Source: an uncultured virus (IMG/VR IMGVR_UViG_3300029787_005093) (taxonomy: Duplodnaviria > Heunggongvirae > Uroviricota > Caudoviricetes). From it: a stretch of 64,000 nucleotides of DNA. Made by a program: the position numbers and the translations under genes. This document shows, in pieces, positions 9,016 to 18,879 of this stretch; the first letter of the stretch is position 1, and each line of letters opens with the position of its first letter. Under the pieces are notes generated by a model. It did no database searches and was not told the origin of the DNA. It was given only the letters and a program-made list of their open reading frames with translations. The stretch lies in IMG/VR virus record IMGVR_UViG_3300029787_005093. One strand, 5' to 3'.

Positions 9016-10296
9016 TTATTTTAATTTAGGTAATTCTAATGTAGGTAGTTTCAAATCAACTTGCTTAGGAGCTTCTTTTACATATTGTTTAAAATACTTC
9101 TTAAGTAATTCTTCCATACTATTAAAGCTAAATTCTTTTCTATTTTTAAACTTTAATTTTTTAGCATTAACTACCCATTTTTTATAATTTTTTATTACTT
9201 CTTTATAAGCATGATTAGTCTGACCATCGTCAGGCATAAACCAACTAGACTCAGGAATTAAAATTTTATCTTGTACTGATGATTTATCTATCTTTTCTAA
9301 CTTACCTCCAATTAAAATATTTAATTCTTTATCTAAAAAATCAACTTGACCACTCCAACCAGAACAAATAATAGGTTTACCAACTAATGAAAACTCTAAC
9401 AAAGGTCTACCGAACCCTTCTCCTCTAGTATGACTAACCATACATTTTACTTTAGGATGATTATATAAATCATTTACTTCAGCATCTGTCATTTCTCCAT
9501 GAAGTAAGTATATGTTAGGTAACGATCCGCTGATAGTAGACTTAATTGCATCTATTTTTTTAAGTATTTTAGATCTATCCATCATACCAGTTCCTACTTC
9601 TTGTATTTTAAGAATTAAAGCTGGTTTACTCTTTCTATAGTTTTTAAATGTTTCTAAAAAAGATTTTATAGTATAACCAATATTCTTTCTATCATGTCCT
9701 AATTCACCTTGCATCCAGTGACCACAAACTAAAAAACCAAAAGACTCTTTTATATTATTTAATTCTTTTAAAACGTTATTATGCTTAGTCAATATTTTAG
9801 GAAAATATTTCTTTATATCTCCTCCTTCAAATAAGACCTCTACAGGTTTCATAAGAGATATTTTTTCAGCAACTTTATTAGTTTTAGGATCTACTTTTTC
9901 AAAATTAGATTCAGCAAATACTTTCTTACTATGTTCAGAAGAAACTAAATTTAAGTCCATTCTATTTAATCCTTGAATCCAAGTAGCATGACATAAAGTT
10001 GTTTCTATACCTGCTGTAACTCCTATGTTATAATTACCTACTGGTTGAAACTCATTAGGTATAGTAATTTGAACCCATATATCAGGTTTGTTAGTTATTT
10101 GACCTATAATCATACTCTCCATTTCCTCTTGATTATGGTCAGAAAGATAACCAGCTCTACAGTTTCCCCATTTCTGAGCTAGTATCTCAATATCATATTT
10201 ATCTAAATTAATTAAAGCTTGAACAAAATCTCTAGATCTTGCTCCGTAACCACTATAGGTATCTATCGGACAGCTTACTACTACTCTTTGTCTCAT
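9016..10296 (-). CDS. GT4 (GT-B) glycosyltransferase
   Basis: SGYG, DRKN, RGEGFGRPLLE (ExFG..xxE), WSGQVDF. Confidence 0.85.
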   Translation of the reverse strand: MRQRVVVSCPIDTYSGYGARSRDFVQALINLDKYDIEILAQKWGNCRAGYLSDHNQEEMESMIIGQITNKPDIWVQITIPNEFQPVGNYNIGVTAGIETTLCHATWIQGLNRMDLNLVSSEHSKKVFAESNFEKVDPKTNKVAEKISLMKPVEVLFEGGDIKKYFPKILTKHNNVLKELNNIKESFGFLVCGHWMQGELGHDRKNIGYTIKSFLETFKNYRKSKPALILKIQEVGTGMMDRSKILKKIDAIKSTISGSLPNIYLLHGEMTDAEVNDLYNHPKVKCMVSHTRGEGFGRPLLEFSLVGKPIICSGWSGQVDFLDKELNILIGGKLEKIDKSSVQDKILIPESSWFMPDDGQTNHAYKEVIKNYKKWVVNAKKLKFKNRKEFSFNSMEELLKKYFKQYVKEAPKQVDLKLPTLELPKLK

Positions 10297-10297
10297 A

Positions 10298-11737
10298 TTA
10301 ATAACCAGTTAATTTATGTTCTATATACTTTGCTTTTGGAGGTTCAACTAAAGATAAGTCAAATCTTTTACGAGGTACAAACTTATCAAAAGTTTCATCA
10401 ACAGCACTAATTACATTACCAGCCATATTTTCAGCTGTCATCATAGCTTCTTTACTCATAGCAAATAATCTTCCTTTCATTCCTCTTTTATTTCTTTCAT
10501 CTTTACCTAACTTATATACTTTGTATATAGCTTCTGCAATATCTTCAGGTCTACATCTATCATCATATATGTATGGAGTTACAGGAGACCCTGCTAATGA
10601 TATATTAGAAGGATATAAAGGTACTGCCCATATACCATGTTTTTTATATGTACCTCTATGGTTAGAAGGAACATCTTTATTAGGAGTAAACCATTCACCA
10701 TTATCATCTACAAATCTCATTTGATCTTGCATACCACCGGTAGTATTAGCAATAACCATAGTACCGGCCATCATTGATTCAGTTAATGATAATCCCCATC
10801 CTTCATTAGAAGAAGGTAATACCGTTACATCAGCTAAATTATATAATGTATTCATTTGAGCTGAGTTTAGTTTAGCTTGTGAGAATCTTACATCTACATA
10901 TTCAGGATCACATAATGCTTCTTTTACTGCTCTTAAATCAGTACCATTTTTATCTAATGCAGCTGTATGCATTATCATAGCACATTTTTTAGCTTCTTCT
11001 TTAGGTAACATATCACAAAATAGCCTATAACCTAAAACTAAATCATGAGGATGTTTTCTTTGAATATTTCTTGAGTTAAAGAATACAGTAAAGTCTACAT
11101 CTTTGCCTTTGTAAGTATCTAATTTATATTTTTGAAACTCTTCTTCTTGACCTTTAATAGGAAAGAATGCTTGATGATCTATTCCATGAGGAACATATTT
11201 AATAATTTTATTTTTAGCATCTTCTCCTAAAACTATCTCATTAACTAATTTAGTTTGTTTAGATATAGCCATAAGTAAATCAACAGAATTATAAAAGTCT
11301 TTATTATATAATGGAGCTGGAAAGTCATCCCAAATATTTAAAAAGAATATAGGAATTTTAGATCTTATTTCTCTTTCCATTTCAAATAACCACATCCAAT
11401 ATCTAGGATCAGTAAAAATAAATATACCGTCTGGTTTTTCTCTTCTAATTAAGTTCCTTACTAATTGCTGATTACCGTAACCATTATTAGACATTATCTT
11501 TACATCAGCATCATCAATCTTTAGTTTCTTATTTAATTCTTTAGATACATCAAATACTTTACCAGCATCAGGATGATTTAAAGCTGCACCTAATTGAAAC
11601 CAGTTGTAATGATGTGCTGAGTTAGATACTATTTCTCTAGCCATAGTTGCTACACCGGAGTGTAATCTTATATCATCGCAAAGTAATAGTATTTTTTTTC
11701 TATCTGCTTGTGGGATATAACCTTCTACTTTATTCAT
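10298..11737 (-). CDS. GT4 (GT-B) glycosyltransferase
   Basis: SGVA, VPHGID, RNIQRK, SNEGWGLSLTESM, TGGMQDQ. Confidence 0.85.
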   Translation of the reverse strand: MNKVEGYIPQADRKKILLLCDDIRLHSGVATMAREIVSNSAHHYNWFQLGAALNHPDAGKVFDVSKELNKKLKIDDADVKIMSNNGYGNQQLVRNLIRREKPDGIFIFTDPRYWMWLFEMEREIRSKIPIFFLNIWDDFPAPLYNKDFYNSVDLLMAISKQTKLVNEIVLGEDAKNKIIKYVPHGIDHQAFFPIKGQEEEFQKYKLDTYKGKDVDFTVFFNSRNIQRKHPHDLVLGYRLFCDMLPKEEAKKCAMIMHTAALDKNGTDLRAVKEALCDPEYVDVRFSQAKLNSAQMNTLYNLADVTVLPSSNEGWGLSLTESMMAGTMVIANTTGGMQDQMRFVDDNGEWFTPNKDVPSNHRGTYKKHGIWAVPLYPSNISLAGSPVTPYIYDDRCRPEDIAEAIYKVYKLGKDERNKRGMKGRLFAMSKEAMMTAENMAGNVISAVDETFDKFVPRKRFDLSLVEPPKAKYIEHKLTGY

Positions 11738-11942
11738 AAACGTTTTTCCTTTTATTTTTCAATCTAATATTGTTTTGCTCTTGTAGCAATTTCCTAAAAT
11801 CTTTATCAGTAAGATAAAGAAAAATTGCACGGGAGGCAAGCTTTTGAAAAGAAAATTTGTCATTTAGACAACGTAATTTGAACTCTTGAAACAACGTATC
11901 ATCAATTCTAACGGTTGTTAGTCTTTTTTCTATACTTTTCAT
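11730..11942 (-). CDS. Ribbon-helix-helix-like DNA-binding protein
   Basis: TTVRID beta-strand followed by two helices; 70 aa. Confidence 0.5.
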   Translation of the reverse strand: MKSIEKRLTTVRIDDTLFQEFKLRCLNDKFSFQKLASRAIFLYLTDKDFRKLLQEQNNIRLKNKRKNVYE

Positions 11943-11982
11943 AACTATATATCTTTATATATTTATATATAAATAGGCTTTA

Positions 11983-12894
11983 TTATAAATACCTGCAACA
12001 TTCTTGACATTTTCCTAATGGAGAACTACATTCATACTCTCTATCTATAAAGTTTCCATCTTTATCGAAAACATCATCAATATATTTATTCATTGATTCT
12101 AAAACTTGTTTAGTTTTTCTAGGACCAGCATTAGGTCTAAACTCTTGAACTCTTCTTTGCATAGATGCAAACTCAGCTTCTGCAGGTACTCTTCTTTTTA
12201 CAATAAAAAATTCAACATCTATATTTTCTCTATCAATACCAAACTGTTTAGCAAAAAATTCTTTATATAAAACTACCTGAGCGGTTAGATTAGGGTTCTT
12301 TTTTTGATTCTCTCTCCATCCTGCAGTAGAAGTTTTTATATCTACAACAGTCCATCTATCAGTATTAGGGTGATAAAATACTAAATCTACTAATCCTTTA
12401 AATACTACTCCAGGTTTTATTTCTTGATATAATAAAGTTTCTATACCAGCAAGCATACTAGTCTTAGTACTAAAATAAGCTGCTCTTTTCTTTTTTAAGA
12501 AATCAAATATATGCTTACCATCTAACCAGAATTGAGTTAACTCTTCTACAGAAGAAAAATGCGTATGTCCATTTATAGCTTTACCAGATTTATATGCTTT
12601 AATCATATTTTTATAAAGTAAACCTTCTACATCCATTTCCATAGCAGATTTAACTTTATCATGGTACATTACTTCTAACCACTTCTGCATAGTTTCATGC
12701 ATAGCAGTACCAAAGCAAGTATAAATGGTCTGAACAAAAGGTACAGCTTTCTTTCTATATTGCAGATCCCACAACTTAGGACATTTATTATAAGTACTTA
12801 ATGCACTATATGATATATGTCTGTTTTTAGAAGGTCTTTGTTTAATTTTACTTTCCCAAACCTTCTTAACAGGACCTTTAAGCTTTTTAGGCAT
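11983..12894 (-). CDS. PD-(D/E)XK nuclease (RecB/Cas4-like)
   Basis: SYS...CP, GTAMH, GLVDLV, VDIKT, QVVLY, C-terminal Cys cluster. Confidence 0.85.
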   Translation of the reverse strand: MPKKLKGPVKKVWESKIKQRPSKNRHISYSALSTYNKCPKLWDLQYRKKAVPFVQTIYTCFGTAMHETMQKWLEVMYHDKVKSAMEMDVEGLLYKNMIKAYKSGKAINGHTHFSSVEELTQFWLDGKHIFDFLKKKRAAYFSTKTSMLAGIETLLYQEIKPGVVFKGLVDLVFYHPNTDRWTVVDIKTSTAGWRENQKKNPNLTAQVVLYKEFFAKQFGIDRENIDVEFFIVKRRVPAEAEFASMQRRVQEFRPNAGPRKTKQVLESMNKYIDDVFDKDGNFIDREYECSSPLGKCQECCRYL

Positions 12895-12895
12895 A

Positions 12896-13237
12896 TTATT
12901 TATCTTTCCATTTATTATTAAATACTAACTGAGCGATAATTCCATAGTTAGTAATATCTTGGAAAGTATCGATTAGAGTCTCATTTTGAGCTTTACGACC
13001 AGTCAATATCATATTTTTCCATCTGTTTATTTTATCAGATAGTCTATACCATAAACCTGTCATAGCAAATTCTTTCTCTTCATCGTTAATCAATTGAGTA
13101 CCAGCAGATACATTCCCCATACCGTAATCAAGATGTTTTTTAGCAAACAGTTCAAACTGCTCGTCAACTATCTCTTTATATGCGTTGTAAATTGTAGGGT
13201 ACTCTTTTTTTAAAATCTCAATAGACTTTTTGCTCAT
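12896..13237 (-). CDS. DUF1599 / nucleotide-modification-associated domain protein
   Basis: KHLDYG, RLSDKINR, DTFQDITNYGII. Confidence 0.7.
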   Translation of the reverse strand: MSKKSIEILKKEYPTIYNAYKEIVDEQFELFAKKHLDYGMGNVSAGTQLINDEEKEFAMTGLWYRLSDKINRWKNMILTGRKAQNETLIDTFQDITNYGIIAQLVFNNKWKDK

Positions 13238-13260
13238 AACTTTATTTTTTATTTTATAAC

Positions 13261-13500
13261 TTAATCGTTTAATATCTTCGAAGGATTGTCTTCCGGAAAA
13301 TACTTATCAATAGTTTCGATTCTTTCATCTGCTGAAGCTAATAACTTTATGCTTTCAGTAGCATCTTTTAAGAAATCGTTAGCAGTATGATCTCCTATAC
13401 CTACTGCATTATCCGTTAACAACTCTAAAGACATTAAAGCTTTCTCTCTATCAGCTTTAGCTTGAGCTTTTAGAGCTTTTATTACTTTAAATTGTGCCAT
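13261..13500 (-). CDS. Hypothetical protein
   Basis: ORF downstream of a motif promoter; VGIGDH motif. Confidence 0.6.
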   Translation of the reverse strand: MAQFKVIKALKAQAKADREKALMSLELLTDNAVGIGDHTANDFLKDATESIKLLASADERIETIDKYFPEDNPSKILND

Positions 13501-13515
13501 AGTATTATTTATCTA

Positions 13516-13548
13516 TAAATATACGAACTTTATTGCAGAATACCAACT
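13516..13548 (-). promoter_or_regulatory. Repeated promoter AGTTG-N20-TATATTTA
   Basis: One of 12 copies with a 20-nt spacer; resembles the Bacteroidota -33 TTTG / -7 TAnnTTTG consensus. Confidence 0.7.
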
Positions 13549-13567
13549 AAATATATATTTAAAATGA

Positions 13568-14668
13568 TTATAAATAACGAATAGTATTGTCGTCTTTATT
13601 AACCCATTTTTCTTCTCCTTGATCAGTAACTACTCTATTTTTACTAGGACCTTTCTGTAATATTCTAGTAACTTTAGTAACAGTAACTGGTTCTCCTTCT
13701 TCATCATAATGAACTCCTTCATTGCCATTTTGACCTATAATATCCATTCTTTTTTCTGCTGCTTCATCATAATCTTTAGGAAAAGCATTTTTAGCTTCAT
13801 CTAAAGCTTCTTCATATAAATCTTCAGAATCAGATTCTACTTCTCCATATAAGTTTTTTCTATTAGCTTGGTTAAAAGCAAAGTTTGCTGCAACAACTAA
13901 AGAAATAGCTAAAGGATCAAATACAAATATAATAATTAACAGTAACCAATTAATAATTCTATCCATTGGAGTACCTGTAAGTCCTGATAAATATTTTAAT
14001 GGTCCTAACTCTCCGGAAATATCTGCATTATTTTCTAGTTCTAATATTTCTAATTTATATTTCTGTAGACTATCTGCTGCTACAGTCCTTCTTAAATAGA
14101 CGTCTTTCCTATTATTTTCTTCAATTGTGAGTCTATTTTGTGCCAAACGTAAGTCAACCGTGGATATGGTGTTTCGAATGCCTCCAACCACACTGGTGTC
14201 CTTGACTTGTATGGATCTAGACTTGGCATTAGAAAGATTACTAATGTTGTCCAAAATTTGTTGAAGTTCTGAGTCAAATCTTTTAACATCGTTTTCATAA
14301 AATTGTGCTTTATTTTCTAAGAATTCTACTTTATTTTGATTTATAATTAACTTTTGATAGGTATCTTGATAAGCAGCACTTAAAAAACCATATATACCGA
14401 TACTAGTAATTATAACTAATATTACAGTAGCAACAGTCAGATACGTTCTGAGATACTTATTTATAGTGTCCCAATACTGATATAATAGTGAAGCAGTTAC
14501 TAATTTAGCTACTTCTAAAGAACCAGCCATAATTATAACCTCTGTACTTGCTCCTGCAAATAGCTTACTTAGACCAAATACAGAATAAAATGCAGCCGAG
14601 GCTGATACTGATATTGCAGATAAGGCTATTATTCCAGGGAGTAGATTTCTCTTAAACGCTTTAAGCAT
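13568..14668 (-). CDS. Multi-pass membrane protein with a coiled-coil loop
   Basis: Three N-terminal TM segments, a coiled coil, a fourth TM (IIFVFDPLAI) and an acidic tail. Confidence 0.65.
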   Translation of the reverse strand: MLKAFKRNLLPGIIALSAISVSASAAFYSVFGLSKLFAGASTEVIIMAGSLEVAKLVTASLLYQYWDTINKYLRTYLTVATVILVIITSIGIYGFLSAAYQDTYQKLIINQNKVEFLENKAQFYENDVKRFDSELQQILDNISNLSNAKSRSIQVKDTSVVGGIRNTISTVDLRLAQNRLTIEENNRKDVYLRRTVAADSLQKYKLEILELENNADISGELGPLKYLSGLTGTPMDRIINWLLLIIIFVFDPLAISLVVAANFAFNQANRKNLYGEVESDSEDLYEEALDEAKNAFPKDYDEAAEKRMDIIGQNGNEGVHYDEEGEPVTVTKVTRILQKGPSKNRVVTDQGEEKWVNKDDNTIRYL

Positions 14669-14674
14669 GTCTTT

Positions 14675-15082
14675 CTATTTGATTATCAATATTCCTATTG
14701 CAACCCCGCCAACTATAGTTCCTATTTTATATAGTTTAGTTTGGCGTTTTGACTTCTTTAAAGCAACTTCTAATTCTTGAGAAAGCTTTTGAGAAGTGAG
14801 AAACTTTTGGTCTTGTAACGTAATTGCGTTATTAAAGTTTTTGATTTGAAGATTAAGATTACTTATAATAGTATCTTGTTTAGATATAGTAATATTTTTA
14901 TTAGCAATTATATCACTAAGTACTATACTTTCTTCTTTCGCTGCATCTCCAGTAACTAAATCCTTAATTACCAGTTTCACTACTGGTACTTCCAATTGAA
15001 TCGAGGTACTGTCTGTAACGCTCTGCGAAAAACTTGTAAAGCTCAGCATTATTAAGAGTGTCGATACTATTAAGTTTCTCAT
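14675..15082 (-). CDS. Secreted coiled-coil protein with C-terminal hydrophobic anchor (spanin-like partner)
   Basis: Signal peptide from MRNLIV (ATG at 15082); overlaps the upstream gene in another frame. Confidence 0.45.
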   Translation of the reverse strand: MRNLIVSTLLIMLSFTSFSQSVTDSTSIQLEVPVVKLVIKDLVTGDAAKEESIVLSDIIANKNITISKQDTIISNLNLQIKNFNNAITLQDQKFLTSQKLSQELEVALKKSKRQTKLYKIGTIVGGVAIGILIIK

Positions 15083-15356
15083 CTGTTTCTTTTTTAATTG
15101 TCCAAATTCTTCCATTTAGTTGCTTTATTTTACCATTTGCAACTTCTATATCATCTTCTAATAAATAGATTTGATCTTTTAATTTTATATTTTTATATAA
15201 AGTAGAATCAATATGTACCTGTAAACTATCTATAGTTTTTTCATATTTTTGTACATCTACGTTAATTTCTTCACGGCCAAATATAACCCATGATACGAAA
15301 CCTCCTAGAATAATAAAAAATAGGTACGAGTGTAGTTTATTAGTATCTATTGTCAT
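14964..15356 (-). CDS. i-spanin (Rz)-like membrane coiled-coil protein
   Basis: Single N-terminal TM plus a long coiled coil, directly downstream of the putative lysin. Confidence 0.45.
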   Translation of the reverse strand: MTIDTNKLHSYLFFIILGGFVSWVIFGREEINVDVQKYEKTIDSLQVHIDSTLYKNIKLKDQIYLLEDDIEVANGKIKQLNGRIWTIKKETDEKLNSIDTLNNAELYKFFAERYRQYLDSIGSTSSETGN

Positions 15357-15360
15357 AACT

Positions 15361-15393
15361 ATAATTTAACTAAAATTATTCGAAAAAGCAACT
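15361..15393 (-). promoter_or_regulatory. Repeated promoter variant AGTTG-N20-TAAATTAT
   Basis: Same spacing as the other copies. Confidence 0.5.
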
Positions 15394-15397
15394 TTAT

Positions 15398-16018
15398 TTA
15401 AGTTTTTATGTCTGCTGATTCAATTAAAGTGTAAGAAAATGAGTTACCGTGAATATTTTTAGCTTGATTTACTATTTCCATAAACTCTGCAAAGTCATCA
15501 GAAGCTGCAATTACTTGACACCCAGCTGACCATTTGTCAACTCTAGTAGATTTTCTTCCTATTCTAGCAGTTGCTCTATGAATATTAATTCCATAAATAC
15601 CTTCTTGTACATTTTCTTCTAGTAAATCGTACTCTCTATCTTTATCACCATCTCTATATACTTTCAATGGTTTCTTTTGTCTTAATGCTTCGTATTTACC
15701 TTGATGTAACCCAATTTTATGAGAGCCTCTATATTGGCCTGGTTTTAATATTGCTACACCATCTGGGTTCATTAAATTTTCAACCCAATGTGTTCCAGGA
15801 TCTGTTGTACAAGGATAACAATGTGATTTCCAACTTCCATCAAAGTCTTTATATGAAATAGAAATATGATCATCAAAAGCATTTGTTACTCTATCCTTTG
15901 TTGCTGAGTTTCTAATTCCTACTATATTTACGTCATATCCTTTTTCAGCTAAATCATTAAACCATTTATATCCTTTTGATCTAACTGCATATTGTATCTG
16001 TTCTAGTGTGTAACTCAT
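15398..16018 (-). CDS. Putative endolysin, L,D-transpeptidase (YkuD)-like peptidase
   Basis: GINIH...WSAGCQV (H...SxGC catalytic motif); next to spanin-like genes. Confidence 0.6.
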   Translation of the reverse strand: MSYTLEQIQYAVRSKGYKWFNDLAEKGYDVNIVGIRNSATKDRVTNAFDDHISISYKDFDGSWKSHCYPCTTDPGTHWVENLMNPDGVAILKPGQYRGSHKIGLHQGKYEALRQKKPLKVYRDGDKDREYDLLEENVQEGIYGINIHRATARIGRKSTRVDKWSAGCQVIAASDDFAEFMEIVNQAKNIHGNSFSYTLIESADIKT

Positions 16019-16030
16019 ATTGTTATTTTT

Positions 16031-16579
16031 CTAATTAATTAAATAACCGTAAGGGGTAGCTTCTATATCTATTCCTATTGGCATATTCTCTACTCTAAAT
16101 TCTGCTACTTGTACTTCGTCAATATATGGATTATAAAACTCTCCTCCACCTTGAAAACAAATTAAACCATCATGTACATCCATCACCTCTACACTAGCCC
16201 AGTTTACATAATCATTTTCTCCTATGATTTCTAAACCTGCTAATTTATCATCTGTACCTAAGTGGTCAAATGTACCAACATCTAAAAGGTCATCATCCAT
16301 ATCTCCTTCTAAATCGTATAGGAAAAGAGCGAAGTGTTGTCTATCTAATCTTGGCTCTCCATCATCTATTTGAAGATATAAAACAAATATCTTTCTTCTA
16401 AATCCATCAACATCTTTAACAGCACCGAAAGTATTAATTACTGTATACCTTTCATATGGGTCAAATGAAACACCATCTAATGATATTTCAAATACCTGTT
16501 CTAGTACAATTTCTTCTTCTTCTTTATCACAACTTATTAAAACAAAAACGCTTATTAAAAGTAGTAGTAGTTTTTTCAT
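16031..16579 (-). CDS. Acidic lipoprotein
   Basis: MKKLLLLLISVFVLISC lipobox followed by DKEEEE, resembling the Bacteroidota lipoprotein export signal. Confidence 0.7.
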   Translation of the reverse strand: MKKLLLLLISVFVLISCDKEEEEIVLEQVFEISLDGVSFDPYERYTVINTFGAVKDVDGFRRKIFVLYLQIDDGEPRLDRQHFALFLYDLEGDMDDDLLDVGTFDHLGTDDKLAGLEIIGENDYVNWASVEVMDVHDGLICFQGGGEFYNPYIDEVQVAEFRVENMPIGIDIEATPYGYLIN

Positions 16580-16589
16580 TATTGTATAT

Positions 16590-16991
16590 TTAAAATTGTC
16601 CTGCTTTTTTAATTTCTTCTATTGCTTCTTGTAACTCATTTATTTCAACTGGGCATTCTAGGTCCAGTCCTGCTTTAAAATCTTCTTCTTTAACACCATC
16701 CTTAAATATAATTAGAGTTGGTGCCATTCTTACTCTATACTTCTTCTTAGCAGCAGGAGCTTTTGCTAAATCTACTCTATAATATTTTGCTCCTTCTACT
16801 TTATCAAAATCTGCAAAAGCGTTAACTTCATTAAATTCTGCCCAAAATTCTATAATTACTATGCTAGCTTCATCATCACCAAATGCTGATTTTTCGTTTA
16901 TTATATCGTCGAAATTAGAATCATCTGCCCAATTCTGGGAAAATAAACTGAAGGGTAATAAGCATACTAATATAAAAACTAATTGTTTCAT
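16590..16991 (-). CDS. Secreted thioredoxin-fold protein lacking CxxC
   Basis: Signal peptide (MKQLVF...SQ), IIEFWAEFN, YRVRMAPTLIIFKDG. Confidence 0.65.
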   Translation of the reverse strand: MKQLVFILVCLLPFSLFSQNWADDSNFDDIINEKSAFGDDEASIVIIEFWAEFNEVNAFADFDKVEGAKYYRVDLAKAPAAKKKYRVRMAPTLIIFKDGVKEEDFKAGLDLECPVEINELQEAIEEIKKAGQF

Positions 16992-16992
16992 A

Positions 16993-17277
16993 TTATCTAT
17001 TTTTTTGGATCTCATAAAGACGTTCATCTATCTTCTCCAGCTGATCTAATATATCATCTACATCTTCTTGTGTATCCATTATTGTTTGCCGAATTAATTC
17101 ATCTTTTAAATCATATTCGATCCTATCGATTACAGGTTCAGGAAGTTCTTTAGCTTCTTGTATATCAGCTTGTAGTGCAAACCACATACCTACTAAAGAC
17201 GCTATACCTACAGCAATCATTCCTATAGTTTTTAAGTCTAAGGTAACTTTAGTATCTTCGCCTATTTGTTTTGCCAT
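16993..17277 (-). CDS. Small membrane protein with coiled coil
   Basis: One TM segment and an acidic coiled-coil C-terminus. Confidence 0.6.
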   Translation of the reverse strand: MAKQIGEDTKVTLDLKTIGMIAVGIASLVGMWFALQADIQEAKELPEPVIDRIEYDLKDELIRQTIMDTQEDVDDILDQLEKIDERLYEIQKNR

Positions 17278-18521
17278 TATCTAAATGTATAGTTTATTCC
17301 GAAAGTTGAATTGAAAAATTTTGTATCCCACATTTTATTATATTCACCTTCAGCAAATACTCCGAAATTTTTTCCTATTTTCCATCCAAAGTTAATTCCA
17401 AATTGGTAATCTTCCCATTGTTCTCCTTCTGCATCTTTTCTTAATCCACCTTTACCCCAGTTATTTCTATTTAAGTAACTAAAGTCTTGATCTCCTGAAA
17501 CGTATTTATGATATCCTGGTAGCCAGTTTCCATATCCATGAAACCAAAAGTTACCTTTATAATGATAAAAATCAGCTCCTATAATTGGTGATAATACACC
17601 AAAGTCTCCGATTTCATCCCATGCTTCATTATTATATCTGTTAATTAGATCTCTAAATACTGTATTCCTAAAATCTAAATCTGAGTAAGCTACGATATTT
17701 CCTTGTTCATCTCTCCATATCCAATCATTAATTACTTCTCCAGTATTAACGTCTGTATAAGTAGTGTAGTGATCACTGTACCCATATTCAAATCCTAATG
17801 AGTACCAAGGGTTAGCAGGATATTCTATTTCTTCACCTGTAGTAGGGTTAGTCCATATTGCAGTTTCGTTTAACCATATTTCAATTGGATTATATCCGTA
17901 AGCTTTAGTATGTGTTCTATATATTGCTCCAGCTGAGATACTAAATTTCTTACCAATAGGTAGTCTAGCTCTTAGTTCAGCAGACTTATATGAGAAATCA
18001 AAAGCTCCTTGTTCTCTTGATTCTATTTTTGCAATATGATATTTACCTGTATGTCTTAAAAAGTATCTAAAGTTTTCCCATTCTTCTCCTCTTAGTCTTT
18101 CTTTTTCAAAGTGGAAAAGGTACTCAAAACCATCTACTGCTGAAGTAGGTGCTGATAATGCTTGTTGACTTTCTTTATATTGATTACCAGTCCAAAAGTT
18201 ACCTGGTTTTCTTTCGTATCCAAATCTACCTAATTTACGGATACCTACTCCGTATCTGTAATCAAAATCAAAATATTCTGTTACTTCTACTACATTAGGT
18301 ATTGCATATAAATCACCATCTGGTGGTCTTTCTACAAAATAGTCTTTTCTTGAATTTTCATATGCGTTTCTTATATCCCCAGCTGCGTATAGAGTTCCAT
18401 ATTTTAGAAAATCATTATAAATTTCTTTAAAGAAGTTTTTCTTTACTTTATCTTCTTTTTCTTGTGAATAAGTACTAAATGATACTAGAAATACTAGGGT
18501 TAATAAAATTAATTTTTTCAT
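17277..18521 (-). CDS. Putative outer-membrane beta-barrel protein
   Basis: Signal peptide, aromatic/Gly-rich amphipathic strands, C-terminal FGINYTFR resembling a beta-signal. Confidence 0.55.
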   Translation of the reverse strand: MKKLILLTLVFLVSFSTYSQEKEDKVKKNFFKEIYNDFLKYGTLYAAGDIRNAYENSRKDYFVERPPDGDLYAIPNVVEVTEYFDFDYRYGVGIRKLGRFGYERKPGNFWTGNQYKESQQALSAPTSAVDGFEYLFHFEKERLRGEEWENFRYFLRHTGKYHIAKIESREQGAFDFSYKSAELRARLPIGKKFSISAGAIYRTHTKAYGYNPIEIWLNETAIWTNPTTGEEIEYPANPWYSLGFEYGYSDHYTTYTDVNTGEVINDWIWRDEQGNIVAYSDLDFRNTVFRDLINRYNNEAWDEIGDFGVLSPIIGADFYHYKGNFWFHGYGNWLPGYHKYVSGDQDFSYLNRNNWGKGGLRKDAEGEQWEDYQFGINFGWKIGKNFGVFAEGEYNKMWDTKFFNSTFGINYTFR

Positions 18522-18541
18522 AATTGTGTATTAAGGTGTTT

Positions 18542-18763
18542 TTACTTGCCAAAAACTTTACCTGCTTCAGCTATTCCAAAGGAACCGAGCGTTACTATAA
18601 CAAAAGAATTGTAGATTACATCGTTAATTACTAGATCTTGCCCTATTACCCCTGATACTAGGTCAGCAACTGCAAAAATAACCATTATTCCGAAAGAAAT
18701 AAATCCTATTACAGCTTTTTCGTTGATGTCGTTCTTGTCTTTAAATAAGTCTGAGAGTGCCAT
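18542..18763 (-). CDS. Small 2-TM membrane protein (holin-like)
   Basis: Two hydrophobic segments; probable start MALSDLF at 18763. Confidence 0.45.
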   Translation of the reverse strand: MALSDLFKDKNDINEKAVIGFISFGIMVIFAVADLVSGVIGQDLVINDVIYNSFVIVTLGSFGIAEAGKVFGK

Positions 18764-18791
18764 GGTATTATATTTTAAATATAAATAGCAC

Positions 18792-18826
18792 AAAAAAAAA
18801 GAGAATAGACATAAAATCTACTCTCT
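18792..18826 (-). terminator. Rho-independent terminator
   Basis: Minus strand AGAGAGTAGAT-loop-GTCTATTCTCT followed by a T-run. Confidence 0.75.
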
Positions 18827-18879
18827 AATTAAAATAATTTTACTGATATATCCTGTCTTGTAGACCTGAATATATTTTC

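Noticed and set aside
11983..12894. Cas4 / CRISPR system
   Set aside because: No other cas genes or repeat-spacer array were seen; stand-alone PD-(D/E)XK nucleases are common in phages
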